From Promethearchaeati archaeon (GTDB lineage Archaea > Asgardarchaeota > Heimdallarchaeia > Heimdallarchaeales > Heimdallarchaeaceae): DNA of 64,000 bases. Below the pieces are notes generated by a model, which made no database searches, was not told the DNA's origin, and was given only the letters and a program-made list of their open reading frames with translations. Of this stretch, positions 18,232 through 27,933 are shown one piece after another. Both the position numbers and the translations under genes were made by a program. How positions within the stretch are numbered: position 1 is the stretch's first letter; every line of letters starts with the position of its first letter. The stretch lies in NCBI GenBank assembly GCA_013166775.1, contig JABLTJ010000012.1, positions 1 to 64,000 of the forward strand, read 5' to 3'.

Positions 18232-20096
18232 TATTTAGAACCTCCTTCTAGAACATCAATATCACTATAAACACCCATGCTTTCTGCCATTGGAAGATGC
18301 TGACACATAAACTGATAGTCGACACATCTCTGCAATAATTCTTCATGGGAACCAATATCGACTATCTCTCCTCTTTTCATAAGAATAATAATATCAGCAG
18401 CAACAAGTGTTGTAAGCCTTTGAGTAACAACAATACTAGTGCGATCTTTCATCAGTTCCTCCATAGCATAACGAAGTCTAAGTTCTGTTTTTATGTCAAC
18501 AGCACTTGTACTATCATCTAAAAGCAGCAGTTTAGGATCTGATAATAGAGCTCGTGCTATTGCTATCCTTTGTCTTTGACCTCCAGAAAGTGTAACTCCT
18601 CTCTCACCAATCACTGTTTCATATTTGTTGGGTAGAGTTTCTATAAACTGCGAGATTTGTGCTCTTTCAGCTGCAGATTTAATCTCTTTATCAGATGCTT
18701 GTGGTTTAGCAAAAGTTATATTAGCTCTCAACGTATCAGAGAAAAGGAAAATATCTTGCTCAACCATTGTTACATTCGATCTTACATAATTAGTGTGTAT
18801 TGAGTCTAGTCTAGTTCCGTCAACTTCTATTGATCCATTTGTTGGATCATAGAGTCTTAAAAGAAGCTTAAGGATTGTTGATTTTCCTGAACCTGGACCT
18901 CCAATCAAAGCAACTTTTGAACCTGTAGGTATTGTAAAAGAAATGTTTTTCAGCACTACTTTCTCAGTCCCAGGGTAAGCAAAATTTACATCTTTGAAAT
19001 GAATATCTTTTTCCCAATCGCCCTCGATTGGATTTTCAGGTTGCTGTAGTGGATCGTCGAAAGTCATCATAGACCATAGTCTTTGAGAGTTTTCAAGACC
19101 TGCTTGTAGCATGATTAAACGTTGGGGTATCATGAAATTTTGTCTATTAAGTGACATAAGTAAACCTAAGATTGATATTAATACTCCTATTGTAAAAGAA
19201 GTCCCAGTTGAAGATGTTACCATCCAGAGTCCATAAGCAAATGCTCCAGCTGTAACAACAATAGTAATCAATGCTGGCCAATAAAAAGCGCTAAGAAATC
19301 CTTCTTTCTTCATATCTTCTGCATATTCCAAACTTTTCGCATTAAATTTGTTAATCTCTTTTTCATGATTATCAAATGCCCTGACAACTTCCACTCCTCT
19401 AAACATTTCTTGTGAAATAGCTGATAGATCACCAAGATCAGTAGCAAGTTTTTGTCTAATTGGTCCTACCTTTGCAGCATATCTCCAAGCAATTATTAGA
19501 TAAATAGCAAAGGATACAGCTAAAACTACACCAACTATCCAGTCATACTGTATTAAGAGAACAGTTGTAATAATAATGGTAAACATAGAGCTCAATAACA
19601 TTCTAAAACCTGGGTGAATAGCCATTCGAATCTGATTAATCTCGTTCATACCCATTGACAAAATAACACCAGAATCATTGATATCATAAAATGCCATTGA
19701 GTGATCCTGAATTACTTCATAAAATTCTTGTCGCATGTCTCTTTGTACTCTGAAGGTTGCATCAGCCCAGATATAAATATTCAGACTAAGTGACACCCAA
19801 CTAATTAGAACGAAAATAATCATTCGTACTATAAGCGAGTTAAATTCGGTCGAAAAAATCGTACCTGCATTGATATCAATCAAAAGGATATCTAATACAT
19901 CTCCAACAAGAGCAATTGTTTTTGTTGTTAGATACGTACTTGCTACGAGTAAAACCAATGCAAAACCATACATCAAAGGTTGTCTCTGAAAGGCGGACCA
20001 AAACCATCGTGTAGCTGATTTGTATTTCTTTGTAATCTCTAGTTGAATTTCTGGACTATACTGTGTTTTCTGTTTTTCAATAGTTGATGTTGCCAT
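18231..20096 (-). CDS. ABC exporter half-transporter (TMD+NBD), degenerate-site subunit
   Basis: GGPGSGKST, LSGGQRQR, LLLDDSTS (E to D), VTQRL (H to Q); TAATG overlap with partner gene. Confidence 0.92.
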   Translation of the reverse strand: MATSTIEKQKTQYSPEIQLEITKKYKSATRWFWSAFQRQPLMYGFALVLLVASTYLTTKTIALVGDVLDILLIDINAGTIFSTEFNSLIVRMIIFVLISWVSLSLNIYIWADATFRVQRDMRQEFYEVIQDHSMAFYDINDSGVILSMGMNEINQIRMAIHPGFRMLLSSMFTIIITTVLLIQYDWIVGVVLAVSFAIYLIIAWRYAAKVGPIRQKLATDLGDLSAISQEMFRGVEVVRAFDNHEKEINKFNAKSLEYAEDMKKEGFLSAFYWPALITIVVTAGAFAYGLWMVTSSTGTSFTIGVLISILGLLMSLNRQNFMIPQRLIMLQAGLENSQRLWSMMTFDDPLQQPENPIEGDWEKDIHFKDVNFAYPGTEKVVLKNISFTIPTGSKVALIGGPGSGKSTILKLLLRLYDPTNGSIEVDGTRLDSIHTNYVRSNVTMVEQDIFLFSDTLRANITFAKPQASDKEIKSAAERAQISQFIETLPNKYETVIGERGVTLSGGQRQRIAIARALLSDPKLLLLDDSTSAVDIKTELRLRYAMEELMKDRTSIVVTQRLTTLVAADIIILMKRGEIVDIGSHEELLQRCVDYQFMCQHLPMAESMGVYSDIDVLEGGSK

Positions 20097-21056
20097 TTAA
20101 TTCAGCTCCTTCAAGAGTTTGCTTATTGATTCTTTTCTTTCAACAAGTTTGATTTTAAGATACTCTTTAGCTAGTTCTCTCTCATCCTCTGATTCAATTC
20201 TGTCCAGATGTTCTTTAACAAGACCTGGATGCCTCAGAAAAACTCGAAAACTTGGCAAAGGCAAACCATGTTCCATAAACATTCTTGAAAATGGTCGTTC
20301 ATTTTGCTTTCCTTTATGATGAAGCAAATATTTTCTGTCTTCATGAGGGATGTCATCTGCTAATCGTCTGAACACATCTCCAAAAGGATTGAAGAATAGA
20401 ACTTTTCTTTGTTTTTTAGGCATAAAATGTTTATCATCTACATGGAAAACAAAACCTGTAATATCAATAATATTGATTAGTAGCCTTGCTAATGTGTTTC
20501 TTCCCAGCTCTGTAATTTGGTAGATTTTCTTTAATCTTCCTCCCTCTTTGTCATCTTTGACATACTCAATCAAACCACTTTTCTCTAAGGATTCTATTGC
20601 AGGATAAATTCCACTAATATTGCTCCAAATTGTGGTCATTGATTTTATTTCTTGAACAGATTTTTCCAAATCCTTAGTTATCTCAGAGAGGTAAGCTAAA
20701 TCCTTTTTGATATTGTCTTCTTTATCCCTAGTTAGAAGGTTCTTTATCCGAGGATTTAACTTGAATATTGGGCAGTCCTCAATACTCTTTTCTATAGCTC
20801 TCCTCTTTGAATTATACTCATCTGTATTAATAATATTTTTTGTAATTAGTTGTTGTAAATCATGAAGAGTCTTTATATGATCATCAATGAATTCCAAACT
20901 GTTTCTTCGTTTTTCATATAAAATATCTGAAGCTTTAGAACACATCTCATAGGCATGAGAACCTTCAGGAGAACGAGCAAGGTGTATTAAAATCGCAATT
21001 TCCCCTAATTTTCTTGCTAGCTTCTCTTCATATTTGCTTGTTAAATTTTCTTTCAT
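20097..21056 (-). CDS. PadR-family regulator with a large internal insertion
   Basis: GEIAILIHLA...SHAYEM and GIYPAIESLEKSGLI...GGRLKKIYQITELG; first gene of the ABC operon. Confidence 0.78.
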   Translation of the reverse strand: MKENLTSKYEEKLARKLGEIAILIHLARSPEGSHAYEMCSKASDILYEKRRNSLEFIDDHIKTLHDLQQLITKNIINTDEYNSKRRAIEKSIEDCPIFKLNPRIKNLLTRDKEDNIKKDLAYLSEITKDLEKSVQEIKSMTTIWSNISGIYPAIESLEKSGLIEYVKDDKEGGRLKKIYQITELGRNTLARLLINIIDITGFVFHVDDKHFMPKKQRKVLFFNPFGDVFRRLADDIPHEDRKYLLHHKGKQNERPFSRMFMEHGLPLPSFRVFLRHPGLVKEHLDRIESEDERELAKEYLKIKLVERKESISKLLKELN

Positions 21057-21188
21057 TTTTTGCTTTCACCAAACAAAAGTTTATTATCGAAAGTCGCATT
21101 AATATTCTTTTTATATAATATTCAGAAACCTGAATATTAATAAATCTTACCATATGTAAGAATTAGAAAATACTAAATAAAAGTTCAA

Positions 21189-21518
21189 TCACAGCTTAAT
21201 TGCTTGTGCTAAAAGATCTACTATCAGCTCTGATTTGATGTCGCTTAAAGACTCAACTCTAATGAATTTAATCATTTCATTCCTTCCCTGTAATAAACTA
21301 TGAGAATCTTTTATTTCTCCTCTAATCCATATCATAAGATTAACATGATCTTCGAAGGAGTTAATTGAACAAATCTTTTTTTCTGTCATATAGACTGGGA
21401 TACAGAATTTGATGTCCTCATTTAAGAACGAAAAATTTGATAAAATAATATTACGTAATTCTTCTACAATCTCTTGAATTTCAGTTGGAAATTGTATTAT
21501 ATATTCTCCAATCTCCAT
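21189..21518 (-). CDS. DUF1801/YdhG-like protein
   Basis: IGEYI...QEIVEELRNII, EDIKFCIPVY, HVNL, LLQG; start at ATG 21518 preferred over 21602. Confidence 0.75.
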   Translation of the reverse strand: MEIGEYIIQFPTEIQEIVEELRNIILSNFSFLNEDIKFCIPVYMTEKKICSINSFEDHVNLMIWIRGEIKDSHSLLQGRNEMIKFIRVESLSDIKSELIVDLLAQAIKL

Positions 21519-21726
21519 TCTATTACCAATAATCACTTTACTCAACCATTTAGCTGTGAAGGATTTTATTAGTAATCCTTTATAAATTTGATAAAATGAC
21601 AAAAAAACTATTGATTGGAAAATTAGAAAAATAGAAAATCCATTAATTTAAGAAGGTGGATAAGATGAATAAAAGAAAATTTGAATATTAAAACAAGTTT
21701 ATCCAATAACAGCATAATCAGTTAGA

Positions 21727-22410
21727 TTATTTTTTGGTAAAAAACCAAAAGAATTTTCGTTTCTTTTTCGTTTCTTCTGAAACAGTTTTTCTTAATTCAA
21801 TAACTCCATCACGTAATGCAAGTTTATAAACTAAGTCTCTAAAACCTTCAGGTTCCTCTTCTTGTTCAATTACATACACCAAAGGTATTCGTTTTCTTTC
21901 TGTTTCTAAAGCTCTAGTTATCCTACCAGCTTCATATTTTTCCTTAACTTGACTATCTTTTCCTATCCAGACGAATATTTCATTATAAGCATCTAAAACA
22001 AAAGCATCATCTGATTTGAAACCTCGATAATCTATGGGAATTTCTGTTGTAATAATCTCACCCTTATCATTTTGCTTGATTTGTAGGAGTTGATAGTCTT
22101 TTTCAAATTTCTTCTCAATTTTCTTCAGAATTCGTGGAGTATCACCTTCTGTAATCTTGAAAGAAATTATTTTCTTGAATTCTTCAGGTTCTTCATTTTC
22201 AGATATAGTTTTGATTTTTAAATCCTTTTTCTTCTCTTGAAGGATTTTTGCTGACCAAATTCCAGCAAATTTATCATCAACATATGATTTTGAACCCAAC
22301 CATAACCAAAAAACACTCTCTGTTTCTACAATATATACATCTCCTCTATAGAATACATATGGTTCATTTAAAGGAACCAAATCATTTCCTACTATTCGAA
22401 AAATCTTCAT
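21727..22410 (-). CDS. Two-domain gelsolin-like actin regulator (Asgard 2DGel type)
   Basis: FYRGDVYIV/WLWLGSKS/EEPEEF (G1), ILKKIE linker, FKSDDAFVLD/IFVWIGKDS/EEPEGF (G2); start at ATG 22410 preferred. Confidence 0.88.
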   Translation of the reverse strand: MKIFRIVGNDLVPLNEPYVFYRGDVYIVETESVFWLWLGSKSYVDDKFAGIWSAKILQEKKKDLKIKTISENEEPEEFKKIISFKITEGDTPRILKKIEKKFEKDYQLLQIKQNDKGEIITTEIPIDYRGFKSDDAFVLDAYNEIFVWIGKDSQVKEKYEAGRITRALETERKRIPLVYVIEQEEEPEGFRDLVYKLALRDGVIELRKTVSEETKKKRKFFWFFTKK

Positions 22411-22527
22411 AAGGTTTTTTTTCTGCAACGCATAAATACTTTTGCACAACAAGTTTTTTACTGATCTTAGAGTATTTATTTCATTTTTGATGAAAAAGAA
22501 TATATACAGTCTAGAGATAAAATAATT

Positions 22528-23100
22528 ATGGCTGAAAATTCTGATTTTATTGGATTGTTAATTCGAATTTTCAATCTATTTTCTGGAATAATCTATATTA
22601 TTACTGCAATTCTATTATTTGCACAGATAAATCTTAATACTCAAAACACTCTTTTATTTATATCAATCATTTTAATATTTATTGGCATATTACGATTTAT
22701 AAACGGAAGTTTAAACACAAATCTTCAGAAATACTTAAGAATTTCTCGAATAATAGCTGGCATCATTATTTTGGCTTTAGCAGTTTCAGCAGTTGCTAGA
22801 GGCTCTATAGAATCAACTGCTATAATTCTGCTAGCAATTGCTGTTCTTATAAACAGTATTCAAAAATCGCTAATTGGTGTTTTTGAAAAACATTATCCAG
22901 TTTGGTTTAGAGCAATATCAATATTAGGAGGAACAATAACAATAGTATTAAGTCTTCTTGTAATATTTGGGACTTCTTGGGACGTATTTATTTTGATAAT
23001 CTTATTCGCAATTGTGTTTTTGTTAAATGGAGTAAGCAGATTAATTAATGCTATTTCTAATCCCATAGAAAAGAAAGGAAGAAAAGTCTCAGCTCGCTGA
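22528..23100 (+). CDS. HdeD/DUF308-like six-TM membrane protein
   Basis: Repeated TM hairpins; YPVWFRAISILGG; NGVSRL. Confidence 0.7.
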   Translation: MAENSDFIGLLIRIFNLFSGIIYIITAILLFAQINLNTQNTLLFISIILIFIGILRFINGSLNTNLQKYLRISRIIAGIIILALAVSAVARGSIESTAIILLAIAVLINSIQKSLIGVFEKHYPVWFRAISILGGTITIVLSLLVIFGTSWDVFILIILFAIVFLLNGVSRLINAISNPIEKKGRKVSAR

Positions 23101-24471
23101 TTCTTCTGCAATCTTCTTTTCTCGCATTTTTATTGAATACCATAAGATTATGTACCCAATTATTCCAGCAATAACAGAAGCTAACAAAATTCCAAACTTC
23201 GCAGTATCAAGAAGATTGTCTGTATCAACAAATGCTAAACCTGCAATAAAATTAGACATTGTAAAACCTATTCCTGCTAGAAATCCAATTCCTGCTAATT
23301 GCATCCAATTTACATTTACAGGAAACTCAAAGATTTTAGTTTTAGAGTACAAGAAGGAGAATGTCAACATACCCAAGGGTTTTCCTATTAATAATCCTAG
23401 AAATACTCCAAAGAAAACATTAGTTGAAAAACCTCCTCCACCTAAGGAACTAAAATCTATTCCAGAGTTAGCTAATCCAAACAAAGGAACTATAAAGAAG
23501 ACTACCCAATTAATCAATTTGTGTTCAATAATTTCAAGCGGAGTCAGTATATTAGAAAAACCATCTTCTAATGCTTGTATCGAAGCTTTATATCTAGAAT
23601 ATACAATACTATCGCCTTCACTCAACTCTATTTCAGATATATATCCTAGTGTTTTTGTACTAATCTCATGAAATTCTGACACATCTATCCTTTTGGTTGC
23701 AGGAATAGTTGTAGCAAGGAGAATTCCTGTAAGGGTTGAATGAACACCTGATTGAAATATAAAGAACCACAGAAGGATACCCGGAATAATATAAATTATA
23801 CTTCTACGCACTCCAATCTTGTTTAAAAGGTAGAGAATACCTAAGATTAAAGCACTTACTAACAAGAAAATCCATTGAATCTGACTTGAGTAGAAGATTG
23901 CTATTACTAAAATTGCTCCAATATCATCTATAATTGCAATAGAAGTTAAAAGAAGTTTTAATTTCTTTGGAATGTTGTAAGTAAATAATGCTAATATTCC
24001 TAAAGATATAGCAATATCTGTTGACATTGGTATACCCCAACCGTTTACACCACTACTTTGAGGAGGATTAAAAATCAAATAAATAATAGCAGGAAAAATC
24101 ATACCGCCAAGAGCTGCGATAATTGAAAGAGAAGCTTCCTTTAAATCTGTTAAACCGCCAACAATCAATTCACGTTTTAATTCCAATCCAATTATGAAGA
24201 AAAAAACAGCCATTAAACCGTCATTTATCCAATGTAGGAGTGATTGATGAAAATTAAAAGAACCTATACTGAATCCAATATAAGTATTCCATAAGCTAGT
24301 ATAAGTATCACCAAAAGGGAGATTGATCCATATTAAACCAATTAAAACACAGAACAATAAAATATGGCTTCCAGATGCTTCTTTATGTATAAATCTCTGG
24401 AGTGGAGAGATTATTCTGACTATTGGGGGATTCTTCAAAGTGTTATAGATTTTTTTTGGAATCTCTGACAT
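23089..24471 (-). CDS. nhaA: Na+/H+ antiporter NhaA
   Basis: WINDGLMAVFF, GLELKRE, GWGIPMSTDIA, AIIDDIGA, SGVHST, GKPLG, GIGFTMS. Confidence 0.93.
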   Translation of the reverse strand: MSEIPKKIYNTLKNPPIVRIISPLQRFIHKEASGSHILLFCVLIGLIWINLPFGDTYTSLWNTYIGFSIGSFNFHQSLLHWINDGLMAVFFFIIGLELKRELIVGGLTDLKEASLSIIAALGGMIFPAIIYLIFNPPQSSGVNGWGIPMSTDIAISLGILALFTYNIPKKLKLLLTSIAIIDDIGAILVIAIFYSSQIQWIFLLVSALILGILYLLNKIGVRRSIIYIIPGILLWFFIFQSGVHSTLTGILLATTIPATKRIDVSEFHEISTKTLGYISEIELSEGDSIVYSRYKASIQALEDGFSNILTPLEIIEHKLINWVVFFIVPLFGLANSGIDFSSLGGGGFSTNVFFGVFLGLLIGKPLGMLTFSFLYSKTKIFEFPVNVNWMQLAGIGFLAGIGFTMSNFIAGLAFVDTDNLLDTAKFGILLASVIAGIIGYIILWYSIKMREKKIAEESAS

Positions 24472-24615
24472 AAGAAAGATTTATCATTAGTGTTTTTTAA
24501 TTTTTTTCCTATATTTTCTTTTAAATACTATAAGTTTCAGTTAAGATTTTTTTTACCAAATTGCTTTTCTTAACAAACTATGCTCTAGAATGCTTTTTGT
24601 CTATTCTTACAAATC

Positions 24616-24658
24616 TTTAAATAAAAAGAAACGATAATAATACAATTACAAATGGAGG
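24616..24658 (+). promoter_or_regulatory. TATA box (TTTAAATA) and Shine-Dalgarno (GGAGG) of the histone gene
   Basis: TTTAAATA at 24616, GGAGG at 24654, ATG at 24666. Confidence 0.55.
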
Positions 24659-24665
24659 TTTAAGT

Positions 24666-24869
24666 ATGTCAAAGAAAAAGAAAGATTTACCTACAGATAT
24701 GTTGATTGTTAAATCAAAAGTAAAAGAGTATGTAAAAACACTTGGTGACTATAATGTTTCTTCAGAATTCTATGAAGTGTTTAATCATAAGGTTGCAGAA
24801 ATGATAAGAAAAGCAGCTAAAAGAACTAAACACAATAATAGAAAAACAGTAGCTGCAAGAGATGTATAG
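24666..24869 (+). CDS. Non-canonical histone-fold protein (face-to-face/Bd0055-like type, truncated alpha3)
   Basis: MLIVKSKVKEYVK...NVSSEF...IRKAAKR...NRKTVAARDV; ends immediately after RKTVxxRD. Confidence 0.85.
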   Translation: MSKKKKDLPTDMLIVKSKVKEYVKTLGDYNVSSEFYEVFNHKVAEMIRKAAKRTKHNNRKTVAARDV

Positions 24870-24900
24870 AATTCATTTTCCTTTATCTTTTCTTTTTTTC
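24870..24900 (+). terminator. T-rich archaeal-type terminator after the histone gene
   Basis: TTTTCCTTTATCTTTTCTTTTTTTC just after the stop codon. Confidence 0.5.
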
Positions 24901-24964
24901 TCGGATTTTAAATAAAATTTAATAATATTCGATAATTTAAAATATCAAGAAGCTAATATGTTGG

Positions 24965-25945
24965 TTGAAAAAAATGCATATAAAGAAAAAATATATAATT
25001 TATAGTATTCTCTTGAGTATCTTCAGCCTAGTAGTTATACTCTTTTTCTTTAGTTATTTTAAAGTAAATAATTTTATTGAGAATGCCTTTAACAATGCTT
25101 TTCCTCAAGAAGGAATAGAAAATCCATATCACTTATTTTTACAAACATATATTTTATCATTAATCATATATGTTATCATCGGTGTAGTTTTGATATGGTT
25201 GTGGAGATTATTGATAAGAGCGATAAAAGCAAAAGTTTCTCCTTCAATTCTAAATACCTTGAAAATCCTTGGAGATATAATAATTATCCCTTTTGTTGCT
25301 ATAGCATATCTAAATAAGTTCGAAGCTCTGAGTGGAACACTGATTGGTGTAGCTGCTATCGTTGGGACAGCTATTGGTTTTGCTTCGACTACTACTGTAG
25401 GTAATTTAATAGCAGGTCTTTATCTAATAGTAAGTAGACCCTTCCAGATAACCGATTACATTATCATACCTGATATGAGTACAGAAGGTGTTGTTAGAGA
25501 GATGGGTATAAACTACACAAAAGTAGATCAACCAGATGGAAACACAGCGATTTTACCAAATAGTGGATTATTGAACAAATGGATCTATAATACTAAAATT
25601 GTAAAATCAGTAAATGACAATGACAAAAAAAATAGTTATTTCCATAAAATAAAAAAGAAAGTCTCTATAGTGTATTCATATCCCTTAAAATGGGCATGTT
25701 TCTCTGATGATAGTCATAAAGAATGTGTTAAGGCAATTGAAATAACATCAAACCAGTTTGAAACAAAATTGCTGGAATCTGTAACATGGTTTATTGTTAC
25801 CAGGGATCGCTTTCACAGAACTTATCAGATGAATTTAACAGTGGATGATTCATATCAATTAATAGATTTAACTGGAGAATTTATGAATGCTCTAGAAGCT
25901 AACTATGAAGAAATAAAAATAAAAGATTCTGTAACTAATGTATAA
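24965..25945 (+). CDS. MscS-family mechanosensitive channel
   Basis: AIGFAS...VGNLIAGLYL..SRPFQITDYI, GVVREMGINYT, DGNTAILPN. Confidence 0.85.
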   Translation: MKKMHIKKKYIIYSILLSIFSLVVILFFFSYFKVNNFIENAFNNAFPQEGIENPYHLFLQTYILSLIIYVIIGVVLIWLWRLLIRAIKAKVSPSILNTLKILGDIIIIPFVAIAYLNKFEALSGTLIGVAAIVGTAIGFASTTTVGNLIAGLYLIVSRPFQITDYIIIPDMSTEGVVREMGINYTKVDQPDGNTAILPNSGLLNKWIYNTKIVKSVNDNDKKNSYFHKIKKKVSIVYSYPLKWACFSDDSHKECVKAIEITSNQFETKLLESVTWFIVTRDRFHRTYQMNLTVDDSYQLIDLTGEFMNALEANYEEIKIKDSVTNV

Positions 25946-26010
25946 AGTTTCTTTTTTCGTAATCCAAAGACTTTATAAATTATAAAGAAAATTAGGAATT
26001 TGGTGAGAAT

Positions 26011-26406
26011 TTGGCAGCAATAGTATTTGCTTTTAGTGCTGTATGGTGGGAGTGGCTCATTTGGGCTGGAGAAATAGTTTTTGTATTTGGAGTTCTTCTT
26101 TTAATTGAATTTCTAATAAGTAGAAAAGAGTTCAGAAAGGATTTGGTTTGGAAATCTTTTGTCACTGCAATTTGTATCATAATCTTTGTTGTAATAACAG
26201 GATGGATAGCCTCATTCTTTAAATTCGAACAAAATCAATCCTTGTTTCCATTATCGATCGTGTTAACTTTTGCTTTATCAATGCTACTTATTTACAAATG
26301 GTTAGAACCTCAACATTTCAATATTTCACTTGCGATAACAACTATAATATTGCTAGTTATCTACTTACTAAGAATTCTATTAGATTTAAGTCTTTATCTA
26401 ACTTAA
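26011..26406 (+). CDS. Small four-TM membrane protein
   Basis: Hydrophobic segments throughout. Confidence 0.65.
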   Translation: MAAIVFAFSAVWWEWLIWAGEIVFVFGVLLLIEFLISRKEFRKDLVWKSFVTAICIIIFVVITGWIASFFKFEQNQSLFPLSIVLTFALSMLLIYKWLEPQHFNISLAITTIILLVIYLLRILLDLSLYLT

Positions 26407-26467
26407 AATTAAAAGAAGAGTTTTTTTTTTTGAAAAAATTTTTAAATTTAAAAACGCATCTAGAACT

Positions 26468-27163
26468 ATGAAAATTAGAATGGATTTCGAAACAGAGTGG
26501 GGATATCTCATAAATCCAAAGAATTTTCAAATATTACGAATAAAGGATGATATTCCTGAAGGATTTTTTGTTATACTAAAACAGAGAGAGTTTGTTATAG
26601 AAATTAATAGAACAGTAGTTAAGAATACTTATGGTTTTGTCAAGAAGAATGCACTACAAAAGTTGGATAAGAGAAAATTATCAGAATATTTAGCTGCTGC
26701 ATGTGCTGATTTCATTCTAAAGAATACTAATTTACCTCCGAATGTACTAATTGAAGGAGATCTAAAATATATGAAACCTGCAAATCTTGCATTTTCTGTA
26801 ACTAGCTATGATGTTTTTCATCTAAAAATAGATTCAGTTCTTCTAAAAGGAGAAAATCCTAAAGAACTACTTGAATCAATCATGAAAGAAAGAAATCGCA
26901 GCTTGTCCTTCAAGAAAAAAGAGATGAGATGGAAAGTGGAATATGCTAAAAGTAGTAGAGCAACATGCAAAAAATGTAATAACAAAATAGAAAAAAACAC
27001 TCTCAGGATAGGAGAACCAAGTTATTATCAAGAACATCTTTCATTCAAGTGGTTTCATGAAGATTGTGTAGACTTATCCAAATTTGATGAAACAAAATTA
27101 TCTGGGCTTGTAGAAATAAAACCTCATGATAGACGGAGAATAGAGAAGAAGCTTAAGAAATAG
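26468..27163 (+). CDS. Protein with C-terminal PARP-type zinc finger
   Basis: VEYAKSSRATCKKC..KIEK..LRIG...WFHEDC matches zf-PARP (CxxC...HxxC). Confidence 0.85.
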   Translation: MKIRMDFETEWGYLINPKNFQILRIKDDIPEGFFVILKQREFVIEINRTVVKNTYGFVKKNALQKLDKRKLSEYLAAACADFILKNTNLPPNVLIEGDLKYMKPANLAFSVTSYDVFHLKIDSVLLKGENPKELLESIMKERNRSLSFKKKEMRWKVEYAKSSRATCKKCNNKIEKNTLRIGEPSYYQEHLSFKWFHEDCVDLSKFDETKLSGLVEIKPHDRRRIEKKLKK

Positions 27164-27268
27164 TAAGGATTGCGAAATTTGTTTTCTAGTATATTGTACT
27201 AAGAAAAATAATCAATATAAAGATTTTTTACTAGATTTCAGAAAATAGAAAAAAACAGAAGAAATAGT

Positions 27269-27829
27269 TTAGGGTACAGCTTCTGTTGGAGTATATCCTG
27301 CAAGACCATACATAATTCTCGCTATTCCATTGAATATGAAAGTTAAAGATAGCAACAATATTAATGTTATAAATCCGTAACTAGTAAAGACTATTACAAC
27401 TATACCAAGGAATATAGTAATCAAACCAACAATGATTAGTAAAACTCTGAACCAACCAGGCAATTTATCCTCAGTTCCAGCAACCATTATTCTTAAAACA
27501 CCATTTGTAATCAATGCACTAGCTAACAGAATTATTAAAATATCTACACCTAGAGAAGGATAAGCAATTACTATTATTCCTATAGGCAGCATTAAAGTTC
27601 CCACAACTATCTTTAGTATTCTTATAAACCATGATTGTGTTTTGTTGAAAATTCCATCTCCAATCCTGGACAAACCAAGAATTAATAATGAAATGCTGAG
27701 CAAGGTCAAAAGAGTTAAAGTTGCAAAACCAAAGTCAATTATTACAATAAATGCTAGTATAAGGAATATTACTCCTGCAATAATATTGAATAATCGCATC
27801 CAGAAAGATAATTTTTTTGTAGATGACAT
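27269..27829 (-). CDS. HdeD/DUF308-like membrane protein
   Basis: LPGWFRVLLIIVG, NGIARI; paralog of 22528. Confidence 0.72.
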   Translation of the reverse strand: MSSTKKLSFWMRLFNIIAGVIFLILAFIVIIDFGFATLTLLTLLSISLLILGLSRIGDGIFNKTQSWFIRILKIVVGTLMLPIGIIVIAYPSLGVDILIILLASALITNGVLRIMVAGTEDKLPGWFRVLLIIVGLITIFLGIVVIVFTSYGFITLILLLSLTFIFNGIARIMYGLAGYTPTEAVP

Positions 27830-27933
27830 ATAATAATAATTGTATAATATTTATATAAGTTTTTTTAAGAAAATGAATGTAAGATTCAAAAATTTCTAAA
27901 AAAGTTTTTATGAGAGAAGAACAATAGGATATT

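Noticed and set aside
23150-23671. 173-aa plus-strand ORF and similar short antisense ORFs throughout the track
   Set aside because: Fully nested antisense to well-supported genes, with no recognisable motifs
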